Source: Callorhinchus milii (taxonomy: Eukaryota). Taken from it: DNA of 64,000 bases. Where the stretch lies: positions 75,394,001 to 75,458,000 of the forward strand of contig NW_024704742.1 of the NCBI RefSeq assembly GCF_018977255.1. Direction: 5' to 3'. Below the pieces are notes generated by a model, which saw only the letters and a program-made list of their open reading frames with translations, ran no database searches and was not told where the DNA came from. Within the stretch, counting starts at the first letter, position 1. Every line of letters starts with the position of its first letter. The position numbers were made by a program, and so were the translations under genes. This document shows positions 52,119 to 64,000 of the stretch, piece by piece.

Positions 52119-52819
52119 CTGCAAACAGGAAGTATGAATTAGTCACAGTAAAAAAAACATTGATATGCCCAACACTCTATTTGTATTAAAATTAATCAGG
52201 TTCTCAAACAAATGAATCTCCCAACCTGTTTTGAATTGAAGCTTTGTTTTTTCAAAGAATTATTTCCATTATATTCAACTTGAGTTATAAGTAACTATTC
52301 ATGAAGCAAAAATCAAAGCATTTCATCTCATTTATTTACAATTTGGTTTAATTGAATAATGGAACAAACCTTAGCTTGGATGAGAAACTTAATGGCAATA
52401 GCCAATCCACCTAATAGTTTACCTGAAAGCGATTTACAAAGTACCACACACACAAAAATAATTCTGATTATTTTTCTGAACTTAAAAAAAGTAGTACATG
52501 GAAATGCAAAATAAATGGATTGAAAAATAGGAAACCTAAAGTACTTATAAGAGAAGTATAGTCAGATTTGGAGGGGGCAGGGTTTATTATCCATATAAAA
52601 TGGATGCTGACACTAGAAACTGCTCAAATCCAGTAACACAAAATTAAGGGGAGTAAGAGAGAGGAAACAGCAAAACATTTCCAAAGGAATTAGAACAGTT
52701 ATAAAATCAAGCAGACAAGCAGCAAATGAAATGGAACACCAATTCAAGTAAACTGCTACACATAGGTAGAAAAACGTCAGAGCAAAAATATTCATTCAGA
52801 ATGGAACCGAGTGAAAATA

Positions 52820-53150
52820 GAATGAATACTGAAATGGAGTGACTATGTTTTTCGTGGCCAATCGCAGCAGCCAACTTGAACACAGTATTGTTCCACAAAC
52901 AAACAAAAGGTGAATGACCAATTTTATTTGAGGGATTGTTGGCCAACACACTGGCCTGGAAAGAGAAATTGGTGCCATGGGACCTTTAACATCTACCTAA
53001 ACTGGCAGACAGATCCTTGATTTAAAATTTAATATTATGGCAACTCCAACATTGCAGCAGCGCCAAGCACAGCATTGGAGTGTTATCTTAGACATATGAG
53101 TTCCAAGTCCCAACATGGGGCTTGAATCCACACCTTCTGACTCACTTGAA
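52820..53150 (-). mobile_element. older Deu-domain-type SINE
   Basis: Homologous to the 30395 copy. Confidence 0.68.
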
Positions 53151-53642
53151 CCAGGTTGAAACACAAATTCTGAGAAGAACAGAAAAACATCTTTAAAAAT
53201 TACAGGTGTATTTAAGAATCTCTGAAAGAAGGTAAACCAGTCCAGGTGGAACTTATGCACATAAATGTCCAATTTCAAAATGCTAAAAGTTAACAGTATT
53301 AGAGAAACAAGCAACAAATTGAGGAACACAACATTCCCCATGGACTAGGTTCAAAGGGAAAAATTTATGATCTGAATACAGTAACTGCCTCTTTGCATAA
53401 ACTGCCTTGTCCATCATGGTTAATAACATTTATTTCCGTCTCCACTTGTACAAAAAGAACTCAGATTAACTTTGATTTGGCAATAAAAAATTCCCGTTGT
53501 ATATGCTGCAGAAGCATAGGATTAAATAACAGACAGATAGCAGATGCAGTAATTAGACATATGGATTACATGCAGCAGCGGGGATAATATAAAAAGGCAA
53601 AAAACACTCGTAGTGAGAGGAAAAGATTCATATACAACCTAC

Positions 53643-53710
53643 CTCCTGAATGGCTGCCATAACAACATGCTGAACAGACTCTTCCATCATCATGATAGTT
53701 TGTATGTGCT
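53643..53710 (-). CDS. HOOK3: HOOK3 exon 6 (68 nt): (E)HIQTIMMMEESVQHVVMAAIQE
   Basis: ttcag|AG CAC...GAG|gtaggt. Confidence 0.96.
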
Positions 53711-55088
53711 CTGAAACACAATCAAAAGTTTGTTTGCCATAAACATAGATGACTGAAAATTATTTAACAGTGCAATCGGATTATGACATAGATCAAGCCA
53801 TTTAACTGGTTGCTTTTTGACAATATAGTGGAGCTCAGCAACTGTATCAAGCTTTATGAATGCACAAGGATATGGAGCAAAAAAATACATCACTGCACAA
53901 AATTCTGGATTTTGGCTAGGCATCAATGATTGCTGAAGAAACAGGCAAAGGTTTAGAGAGAAGGAACTCTCCAAAAATCATCTCACTTCATTGAAGACTA
54001 ACATTCTTGGATTAGTTTTCAATATAGTGACTAGTCAATTTGAACATCTTTGACCATAAATTGTCTAAATGACATAATTAAAATAAATGCATTTAAAAGT
54101 ATTTGCCTACAGAATAGTCTCAACACTATATATTAAAAAATATACAATATATAACATGAGTTCTGGGTAATGGAAGAACCCAAACCATTGAAAAGCTTTT
54201 CTTTGATTCCATTCCAATGGGAATTTTTTTGACCTCAGAAAAACGATAGCCATGTGAGGATCATTCGGGGGATACTTCCTTAACTCAATCTGACACTATC
54301 CTAATAATCCTAAAGTTTTTTTTATATATTATATAATAAATATAATAAAAGTCTGTGACAGAAACATCAAAGATGTGTTCAGATAAAGAAAGCCCTTTGG
54401 GCCATTTGATCTCATCCTTCTAGAATATCCAGCCTACTGTCCTCCCATCAGAGCATCAATCTGTTTTTAAATAATGACCCTCAGAACTGCAATGCTGACT
54501 TTGTGATCACTCACTGGCAATCCTTAACTCTCATGGATCAAGGGTCCAGAAAGCAAGGGAGGAAAAATAAAACTGATCAATAAAAATTAAAATTGAGTGA
54601 ACAACAAGGTGATAAAAAAATCTTTACTAGTTATAAATAAGGCCGTTTTTTAAATCTCGACAATGGTGGAGGAAAATGACAATTTAATTTAAGATCTTGG
54701 CTTGCTTCTAACTCCGGCATCCAAACATCTTTATCTTCTATTTTAAATCCCCAATATTACTGGTGAGTGGAAGATTTTGGGGGTAGCATTTTGATCATGT
54801 GTTCATTGTGAACCCCTCAGAGCTTCCACCAGAATGAGTACAACAACTTTGTTTTAGAAATACTTCATGAAGCACCGGATCATCTAGTAACCTGTGTGTA
54901 CCCCTGAGATTTATGGAGAATGCTGCAAAGAATTTTAAAAATTCTGCTAGGCAACACTGAATGTCACTAAGAAGAACAAAGAGTTTACAATGGGTTTGAC
55001 TATCCAACAAAGGTGGGTAGCTGAGTGGAGGCCAGTCACTTCACTGCAGGAAAACACAGAAACTGAAACATCTGGGCTGCTTACTCAC

Positions 55089-55184
55089 ATCTCCTAGTGG
55101 CAGTTATAAAACAACAGAAGAGGAGGTCTGATAACAGATCTCTGGACCGTCTTCTTGATGGGTTATGCACATAGCAAAGGAATA
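55089..55184 (-). other. HOOK3: candidate 96-nt alternative (poison) cassette exon in HOOK3 intron 5
   Basis: 74-nt AG-free, pyrimidine-rich tract ending caaag|, and consensus donor GAT|gtgagt. Open in the HOOK3 frame, but joining it to exon 6 creates T|AG. No transcript evidence. Confidence 0.45.
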
Positions 55185-55544
55185 CTTTGGGACGCATGGA
55201 GAAGGAGAAGCGGAGAGCACACATGCAAACAACATAGAATATATGAGCAACGCAGCATTACTCCTACAATCAGACTCTTGTTTCAAGTATAGCTTTTTAT
55301 TAGATAAATAAAAACTGAATGCTGGAAGTTCATAGCAGGTTGAACAACATCTGAACGGATTAACAATTCATCAGATATTATTGCATGTCACAAACTTTAT
55401 ACCCACTGTCTCCATTAACCATTGTTTCCACGGAAATTACTTTCCTTGCCACTTTCCTACATTTTAACATTAAGTATTTTGTTCAAAATAGCAATCGGAT
55501 AAACAAGGTGGTTGCTTCAGTGATACAAATTTTGAGGTATTTAC

Positions 55545-55677
55545 CTTGTTTCTGCTCACAGTTGACAGCACAACCAAGAATTAGCTGCAGCATTCGCCCG
55601 AGTTCTGCGGCATCAGAATGTTCTCCTATCAAGTTAACGTCTGGCAGAGGAAAGTCAGCAATCTGCTGTCCCAAGAC
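55545..55677 (-). CDS. HOOK3: HOOK3 exon 5 (133 nt): VLGQQIADFPLPDVNLIGEHSDAAELGRMLQLILGCAVNCEQKQ
   Basis: tacag|GTC...CAA G|gtaaat; contained in ORF 55483..55776. Confidence 0.97.
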
Positions 55678-56519
55678 CTGTAATTGCAGATTATAGTATA
55701 AAGTGGTAATACCATACGACACAGATTGGAACATCAGCACATTTACTGTTGTATAATAGCTGCTAGTCATAGACACAGATGGTTATCTTTGATTAATAGT
55801 AACACAAAGCAATACTATTGAAGTGGTAAGGATCCTACAGTGATTGTATTCAAATCAATTGTTGGGTCAATTAGCATAGACGTTCGTCATCATTTTGTTA
55901 CAGCATGGATTAAAATAGTATTATGAACAAAATATTAAAACCAAGAGCTAGCGTTCCACATTTCCAGTGATTATTTCACTCCCTTTTGTATTATTTCCTG
56001 TGGCTATTACAAATCTCTAGCTTTCAAAATAATAGGTTCCCATTTCTGCACTTGTACACACACAGGATTGTGTCTATCAAGTTGTCTTGCGTCCACTGGG
56101 CTTCACATACCATAAGCGAAATCCTGAGTTTGCACGAATCTTGAGTATAGGGTCTGTGGGGGTGGTGGAGGGAGAAAAATAAAGAAGCAAGATGTTTCCC
56201 TACAAATTATCGTTTTAGACAAATCTCGGATCCTACAAAACATTTTTAAGGAAAACAAAATACACTTAAACCCTGACTAGCCGTACTAATATGGAGGAGA
56301 TTTGGTCTGCCGAGCTGGATTTTCCAGGTAAGTGTAATTACATTGCCGGTATCGGAATTGTAATTGTTTGAATCCTGTGAGAAGAAGAAAACGGATAAGC
56401 CATCTTTGGTGAGGCTGCTCACTGCCAACTCTCCTAGCATGCAGCATTGGCAGCATTCATGTAGGTTAACATATGAAAGCACTTCAGAGAGACAATGCCA
56501 AATAATGAGCTTGCAGGTG

Positions 56520-57230
56520 GGGAGAAAAAAGAAGTTTACTAAAGACAGATGACCATTTTCCCTACTTAAAGATGGCAACAGAGTGGGGGCAAGGTGTAGA
56601 TTTTTGGTGGAGGAAGTTCCAGAGGGTAGGGGAATTGTGGCGGTAACCTTGCGATGCGAAGCAGAGAGAGTTTGGGATGTGCAGCAGGTCCGAGTTAGCC
56701 AAGTGGAGGGGGTGGACAGGAGAAGATCACTGAGGTAGGGAGTGACAAGATTATGTAGGGATTTGTAGACGAGAGTGAGCATCTTGACAATCAATTCAGT
56801 TGAAGACCGGGAGTTACTGCAGTCAGGAGGAGGATGGAGTGATATGCAAAGTTTAGTGCGGTAATTGAGGCTAGGACACTGGATTAATTTAAAAAGCAGT
56901 TTTATTCTATGATGGTGGTGGGTAGTATGGAAGGGTAGGGGGTAGGCTTCAGATGTAGGGAAGGTAAAATGAGGTGGAAACTTCCAGCAAGGAAAGATGA
57001 GGTGATCAGTGCCAAAGGTGAGGAGGCTGAGTCAGATGGCTTCCATTTTGCCCAGATTGAGCAGAAGCCATTTAAGGCTCATTCAGAACTTCAATATAAA
57101 TTTACATTGCACATTTCAGTGGGAGCACTTCCCGAGGCACTAGATAGTTTGGTGAAGTTTGTACTCATACTGGGGAGGGGGGGGGGTAAGATGGCCAAAA
57201 TACACAGTATTGTAAATAAAGAGGACTTTC
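56520..57230 (-). mobile_element. degenerate L2 fragment
   Basis: KMLTLVYKSLHNL..PYLSDLL; decayed W..LN..L.LN.GK.E further upstream. Confidence 0.6.
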
Positions 57231-57303
57231 AAACACATTATCTCGGATCTAGGACAGAACACTGAAGCATGCCACGGAAGTAATAGTTGGAAGAAAATCT
57301 TAC

Positions 57304-57354
57304 CTCATGATAGTAATCCAGAATTCCTTTTAAAATTTTCTTTAAATTGCTAAC
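57304..57354 (-). CDS. HOOK3: HOOK3 exon 4 (51 nt): VSNLKKILKGILDYYHE
   Basis: tttag|GTT...GAG|gtaaga; phase matches neighbouring exons. Confidence 0.95.
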
Positions 57355-58007
57355 CTAAACACAGAAGACAGTTTTAAAATTAACAAGTACAATGAAATAG
57401 AATAGCATTCAAACCACATACAAATCGGTCGGCAGTGGGTGGCGATCATCACTTTTGTTCAAATTAAATTTTTAAGTCCCAAGAAAACCCAGAACAGTCT
57501 CATCACATACAGGCAGCGTATAAAGAGCAGTAAGGCATACTTGGTATCCACAGGCAATTACTGTCATGTACAATGACAACATATTTGTAGGATAACACAG
57601 CTGCCAATTCGTGAACAGCAAGATCCCACAAACAACCCTGAGGTGAATGACACACTAATCTGAAAGGTTGTTGGACTGGCAGTTGCACCAAGCAGTTAAA
57701 TATGCATTCATGAACCAAAAGTCAATACCCTTGTCACAAAAACATGTTGCACCTTGCTTTATAAGGTTACATTTTATCCGAAACTGAAAATGACACAAGA
57801 AATTCAAGAGAACAAATTAAGTTAGTTTGCAGCGTGTAGAACCCATTTCCTCAGTGTGTTCGATACCCACCAGCTTCCTCAGATTGTACTAGAGAAACCA
57901 AGAACAAATGCTTCCTTCTACTGGTTTATGTTCATACGGGAATTTAGAACTTAAAACAAATAAGCTCAGGTTCCAGGCTATGCATCCACCCCTCAGTGCC
58001 TTTCAAA

Positions 58008-58330
58008 TAATAATAATAATAATCCTTGCATTTGATATAGTGTTGTTCACGTCGGGAGGACGTCCCAAAGCGCTTCACAGAACACACTGTAAAGTGAATT
58101 GACTGTATATTTGTGGGCGAACGCGGCAGCCAATTGCGCACAGCAATGTCCCACAAACAGTCGTAGATTGAAAATGACCAATTTAATTATTGTTTTTGGT
58201 TTTGGAGGGATTATGATTAGGCTCTGTGTGGAGTAAGGAAACTTGCCCAAGGTTTCGCCCTCTGCCTGGAATTGAACTCAGGTCTCTCACTTGCAAAGTG
58301 AGTGCTCTAACCACTGAGCTACAGGACTCC
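58008..58330 (-). mobile_element. tRNA-derived SINE, short form, full length
   Basis: Reverse complement of the 1790 element, with (TTA)n tail. Confidence 0.9.
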
Positions 58331-58781
58331 ACAAATACAATGATGATGATGGGAGGAATATCTGTTTCTTCTATTAACTGACACAAATGCATATTGACCA
58401 CAAATGAATAAATAAACCACATGCTGTGGAATATAACAATGGTTATCAAATGATAGATTGTAAAATACAGTTGATGGGTCAACTTTCTGGAATTTGCTTT
58501 CAAATCACATAAATTATGACATATTAACATAATATGGAAGTAAAGATGTCCACATACTTAGTGAATCACTCAAAAAATAATTCAGGTAGTTAGGCAATCC
58601 ATTGAGGGATACTTATGGAAGGAACAGCTGCAGTAGATATCTCTGGAGGGAACTGCTACTGCTTGTGTAACTTAATCTTCTGCCTCTAATACTTTCACAT
58701 TTTAACTCAGAGGATACATGGCCAGCAAAAATAGCTTTGAGAGTGTCAAAGGTTACCAAAGAGCATGGCATGGGGGAGATG

Positions 58782-59093
58782 ATAATAATCCTTGCAATAG
58801 ATATAGAGCCTTATCACATCTTCGAGACGTCTTAAAGTGCTTCACAGAATATACTGTAAAGTAAATTGACTGTATTTTGTGGGCGAAACTCGGCAGCCAA
58901 TTGCACACAGAAGTGTCCCATAAACAATCGTGGATTGAGTGATCAGATTATTATTCCATGTTTATTTAATTTTTAGAAGGGATTATCACCCCCGGAAAAG
59001 TGATCCACCAATCGATTAACAACCGCGATCCTACTTATTGCTAAGTAAACAGAGGCGTGTGGAGTAAGGAAACTTGCTCAATGCTTCGCCCTG
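58782..59093 (-). mobile_element. tRNA-derived SINE, long form, lacking the head
   Basis: Central segment and tail present. Confidence 0.82.
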
Positions 59094-59872
59094 AGATAGA
59101 CTGTAGTGATACAATGATCAGGATGCACATAGTTGTAAGCAACAATAAAAAAAAATTATCTTAAGAAAGTACCTTGGTAAATGAAAATGTTTTAATCTAT
59201 TGCATGGGGCTTTAAATTACGTTGAGAAGAAGTCTGACTCCTTCATTGATATGGCAGATAGGATTTGGAAATTGCCGTTTGGAAATCCCTGATATTGATT
59301 GATATTTTGTTCAAAACCATAGTTGAGTTCTTTGTTTTAGCTAATCACTTAAATGGGAGTTACAAGAGATTAATTTATCAGCTATTTCATAAAAATAGTG
59401 CATTACTTTCCATTCATGAAAGTACTTGAACATGGTATGTAATGTTGGTGGTATGTACATTAAAATGCTTGATATTTCTCTGAATCTAAATCTATTCTGT
59501 TCACTAGAAATGCTCAGAAAAATAATTTTACCCACCTGATCTGAATTTTCCCAATGAGTTGCATACATGTCTAACTCACACATATGGCTTGTTGCTTTTA
59601 CAGAGTCTGAAATTTGGAATGAGGAAATGTAACTGAACCTATATCGATATCCTGACACATGTACAAAGTTGGGATTTACTGAATAATTGAGAAAAATAAC
59701 TTATGTAGAGGCAACCTAAAGATGCTTACCTGTATAAGGTTAAGACTGAAGTTTGGGACAACCATATGCAGTTGATGGAAAATCCCTTTGTAAGCACACC
59801 CCACAATATAGAAATTGTTCATCATATTTTCAACTAAGAACTCACAAAATACATTAAATATAAACCGAGTAC

Positions 59873-59945
59873 CTTCAGACGCCAGTTATCCCCCACTTCA
59901 GTTTTGACACGATTTATCCAGGTGTCATCAAACCATGATTGGTCG
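59873..59945 (-). CDS. HOOK3: HOOK3 exon 3 (73 nt): DQSWFDDTWINRVKTEVGDNWRLK
   Basis: tacag|C GAC...CTG AAG|gtactc; Hook-domain motif GDNWRLK. Confidence 0.95.
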
Positions 59946-60564
59946 CTGTAAAATCAAAATCAAACTCATGAGCCCAGTTCATCTATTTACATGCATCATT
60001 TAGAGCAGAAGATTTAATCATCTGAAGATTTGATTATCTGAAGATTAGTAAACCACTAGCAATTAGGCATTTCAAGAGATTGAGCATCATTATCTATTCA
60101 ATTTTCCAAATTAAAACAGGATACAATTAAGATACTGTCAGAGCCCATTCAACCTCAGAGTGAGAAAACTTCTGTACATGGTTGTTGTTGTTGTATTGGT
60201 TCAGAATGTGATAATTCAAACCCCTCATGTATACAAAGTTGGAATTTATTAAATAAATGAAAAAGTAATTAACATCTAGAGGCAACTTGAAGATGCCATC
60301 TGACTAATAATATCTAAGCAATGTTTTATGACAGCTCTAAAATCCAGCTTGAGTGTAATTTTCCTCCTGCTCCCCCCCACCAAAAAAATTATTTGATTGC
60401 ACTATTCTTTCAAAATGTGCTTCTGAAGCACAGTGACAATAATGCACTATTATCCATTAAAGTCATAGGATGTCAATATAGGTTGGCAGTCCTTCATATT
60501 TTTAGATTATTATTTCTCATGGTGTGGTGACTCCCATTGGAAACTTAGTTTCCCCTCTCCACCC

Positions 60565-61150
60565 CTCTCTCCTCGCCGGCCTTCCCGGCACCTCCCTCCA
60601 CAAGCTGCAGGTCATTCAGAACTCTGCAGCTCGTGTACTGTCCCGCACCAGACTTCGGGACCACATCACACCCACCCTCGCTCGCCTCCACTGGCTCCCC
60701 ATCCCCCAGAGGATTGATTTCAAGATCCTCATCCTCACCTACAAGGCCATTCACGGCCTTGCTCCCTCCTACCTCTCCGACCTACTATCCCCCTACCTAC
60801 CTGCCCGTACCCTCCGTTCCTCTGGCTCCGGTCTGCTCCACGTCCCCCGCCCCAACCGCCCTACCATCGGTGGTCGGGCCTTCAGCCTCTCAGCCCCGAG
60901 GCTCTGGAACTCTATCCCCCAGTGCCTTCGCCGCCTCCTCCCTTTCCTCCTTCAAGGCTGGTCTCAAGACCTTTCTCTTTGACCGAGCCTTCAGCTCCCC
61001 TCTCGACTCTCTTCCCCCTCCTCGCTCCCTCCCTTCCCTCCCCTCACCCTGACCATTTCCCCCCTCCTTGGGTCCTGACCCAACTGTACAGCGCCTTGGG
61101 ACGTCCTCCCGACGTGAAAGGCGCTCTATAAATGGAATCTTGTTGTTGTT
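60565..61150 (+). mobile_element. L2 LINE 3' end, relatively young
   Basis: ORF 60524..60982 (LQVIQNSAARVL..LHWLP..RIDFKIL..APRLWNSIP); CpGs retained; intact stem-loop tail. Confidence 0.92.
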
Positions 61151-62280
61151 AGTGATTTCCGAGAGAGATACTATTAACATTGTGTATCTCCCAGGAACAC
61201 GTTTCAGAACAACATTTGTGAAGGTCCAGAAACTGGTTGAAAGCAGGGTGTTATAGAAGCAAACCCGCATAGGTTACTTTTCTTTAGGAACCAAATAATG
61301 CAATTCCTAGTTCGAGGAAAAAGAGAAGAGAAAAAAAGCTATGCTGTGTTTTGCTTGGATAAATTGGGATTTTTTGTGTGATTTTGGGGTAAGGAGGTTT
61401 GTGCTACTGCATCCATTGGAAGTTTGAGTTGACAAAATACAATAATGACAGCATGTCTGTCAATTAATCCAACTAACACAAAGCTGATCTATAGATGTCC
61501 AAAAGTACATCTTGAATTGAGCCTACAAAGCAGTCTCTTAGAATCATGCAGTTACCCTATGGCAGCCATAAATGAACATAGCATGCTTAGCAGTACTTAT
61601 TAATGTCTAAGAGTTGTTGTGTGGAAGGTATACCAGCAAGTACCATTAAGTTTTGATTAATTATTGCATGAATTTCTCAAGTTACATAGTCAACTGATAG
61701 AATCTTGAGAATGGAAATCAACGGAACATCGTCAGCTCATGTCTCATTGAAGCAATATGATGGGATCCATACCAACACTGACTCCAGCTGAGCCAGCCTG
61801 ACATCTCAGCACAGGATGCTGACTGACGAACAGGGTTGGTTGCATGGTTTAAGACTGACAACCAGGCTGGGACAATTCAAGGCCAATGAAGCACATTCTT
61901 ATTAAAACAGCCCCAGAATACGCAACACCATGACTACCCAAATGTTAAAGCGACTTTAAAAAAAAGGCCAAATCTGTGAGAATTACACAGACTTGGCAAC
62001 CCTGCGCGGGGATGCAATCCACAACCTTCTAATTCATACGCAAGAGTGCTACAAACTGAGTTAGGCTGTCGCCTAATAGAACAATATTTCGAAGGATAAG
62101 AAGTAAATACCTGAACTACTGGGAGATATAATAGTAACACAGGAACAAAAGTAGGCAATTTTGCCTGTTGAGCTTGTCTGTTATTATCTTAAATAATGGA
62201 CAATCTGTAACTGAGTGCCATTTACCTGCCTTTTCTGCATATCCCCAAATTTCCTTTCTGATCAAGGTGTTACATCACAA

Positions 62281-62414
62281 ATAATAATCCTTGCATTTGA
62301 TATAGCGCCTTATCAGGTCTTCTAGATGTCTCAAAGCGCTTCGCAGAATATACTGTAATGTGAATTGACTATATATTTTGAGGCCGAAACACAGCAGCCA
62401 ATTGCGCACAGCAA
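62281..62414 (-). mobile_element. SINE 3' half
   Basis: ataataatccttgcatttgatatagcgcc...cagccaattgcgcacagc. Confidence 0.82.
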
Positions 62415-62689
62415 TTACAGTCCAGTGAAAGTACAGTGAAAGCCTGTTAAGATGGACACATTGGGGCAGACGTTTTGCTTGCCTTAAGAAGCGCCCGAGG
62501 TCAGCCGAAGTTCTCGTACCTCTTCCAGCCCAGCAGAGCAGTGGTGCTTCCTCCTTCCGATTGCCATTCCCATCGGACGGGAAGGACACCAATGAGCGGC
62601 GGCACTGAGATGACTGACAGTCTTGGACGCCGCTTGTAAATGTTTGTGCTCCAGCCATTCACAAGCAGCTCCAGCTGTCAATCAATCAC

Positions 62690-62892
62690 AATAATCCCTC
62701 CAAAACCAAAAACAATAATAAATTGGTCATTTTCAATCTACGACTGTTTGTGGGACATTGCTGTGCGCAATTGGCTGCCGCGTTCGCCCACAAATATACA
62801 GTCAATTCACTTTACAGTGTGTTCTGTGAAGCGCTTTGGGACGTCCTTCCGATGTGAAAAGCGCTATATCAAATGCAAGGATTATTATTATT
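62690..62892 (+). mobile_element. SINE, 5'-truncated short form
   Basis: Near-identical to the 3' two-thirds of the 58008 copy. Confidence 0.88.
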
Positions 62893-64000
62893 AATTTGAC
62901 TCTTCCCATTCCCATCGTTGTTCTTCCCCATTCCTCACTGATTGACAGCCCAACTCTAGCCACTTGTGAATGATTGGAGCCCGCTGTCAATCAATCTTAG
63001 ATTCCTATCTCCATCCTGGAGCCGCTTGCCACACAGAAGGCCGAGTAAGTACATTCAGCATCAACCAGCACAACATTTTGCACAGATTAACAAGATTTTG
63101 TCCGAATCAACCGGCATATTTAAAATGGATAAAACAAATGAATTGGACCGGGGGTTTTGTTTGAATGATGTTGTCCGGGGTTAACTGGCATCTGCTTAAA
63201 GCGGATTTCCCTGTATTATTATATTCTACAACCATAGGAAAGAGTCTGTCTTCATCTACTTGGCCAATTCCCTTCACTTCAACACCCTGAGCAGATCTCC
63301 CCTCAACTTCCTTTGTTTAAGAGGGTACAGCTCCAGTTTTCCAATTCTGTCTTTGTAACTAAAGATTTTTCAATTCACGCTGCACAGCCTCCAACAGGTA
63401 ATCCATCTTTTCAAATAATGTTTGAAGTAGTTAATTTCCATAAGCATGCTGAAAAGCCTTAGCGATGTACAAGCCATCATCCTGCATATAGTTGAATAAC
63501 CTTTTTCCATTCAAATGAACAGGTTTGACTATGATCACTTAAAACAAAATCCAACAATCAGTTAGGAGCATTAGTTTTAAAAATCATTTCCAAATGATTA
63601 ACATCAAGTGGTCCGAGACCTATCCAGTATGAAGGGCATCATATAAAAAATAAAATAAACAACACACTGTTGTTGCAGCACTATTAATGGACACTGGTGA
63701 AGCCTGCGCACATAGGGAGCATAGCAACAGGAAACATTTCAACTCTGTAACTGAAAAGGATAACTTCGTAGCAGTAGGAGCTGTATTAGGCACACCACTA
63801 CTAACTTCAGATAAAAGAAAATACACCTGCTGTACATTCTGAAAATCTTAAAGAACATTAAATATTAGCTAAACTAGTAACCATAAAAATGACAGACGGA
63901 ATGGGAGAAAATATAAGAAGAGATTTAAAGTTTTTTTTAATTACAGTACTTAGCAGTACAACAAGTAAATGAACTGATATCAGAGTGGCGTTATTTGCTG

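Larger units (their letters stand above)
4632..59945 (-). other. HOOK3: HOOK3 gene locus (exons 3-22 plus 3' UTR; 5' part outside window)
   Basis: Twenty GT-AG-bounded exons join in one frame to give a Hook-domain/coiled-coil protein matching my recollection of human HOOK3 (e.g. LPDVNLIGEHSDAAELGRMLQLILGCAVNCEQKQ; C-terminus GHVQPATAR*). The 3' boundary is only inferred from AATAAA signals. Confidence 0.96.

Noticed and set aside
63827..63838. possible 12-nt microexon (ttttcag|AATGTACAGCAG|gtgtat, minus strand)
   Set aside because: Weak donor, short pyrimidine tract and no UGC near the acceptor; consistent with chance.
59946..64000. HOOK3 exons 1-2 or promoter
   Set aside because: No matching coding sequence or CpG island seen; they probably lie beyond the window.
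1..64000. CRISPR array, operon or prokaryotic defence system
   Set aside because: The sequence is a spliced vertebrate locus; the recurring sequences are dispersed SINE/LINE copies, not repeat-spacer arrays.

Overview
This is eukaryotic vertebrate genomic DNA. The repeat content (L2 and CR1 LINE fragments, tRNA-derived SINEs with L2-type tails) suggests a cartilaginous fish; that is an inference. The window holds most of the HOOK3 gene (dynein/kinesin cargo adaptor) on the minus strand. I read 20 constitutive coding exons (numbered 3-22 by my recollection of the human gene; 59945 down to the TAG stop at 10183), all bounded by GT-AG and joining in one frame; exons 1-2 appear to lie beyond the right edge. 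Three splicing features are invisible to the ORF track: (1) a 6-nt in-frame microexon (Ala-Ile, 27578-27583) with the UGC signature of SRRM3/4 neural microexons; (2) a splice donor overlapping the stop codon, joined to a distal terminal exon (6145-6160) that changes the C-terminus from -PATAR to -PATASDVIA; (3) a candidate 96-nt poison exon (55089-55184) whose stop codon forms only at the splice junction. The introns carry many retroelement fragments, some nested, a decayed R2-like element and several local inverted duplications. Most ORFs in the track are TE fragments or noise. Exon coordinates were counted by hand; repeat boundaries are approximate.
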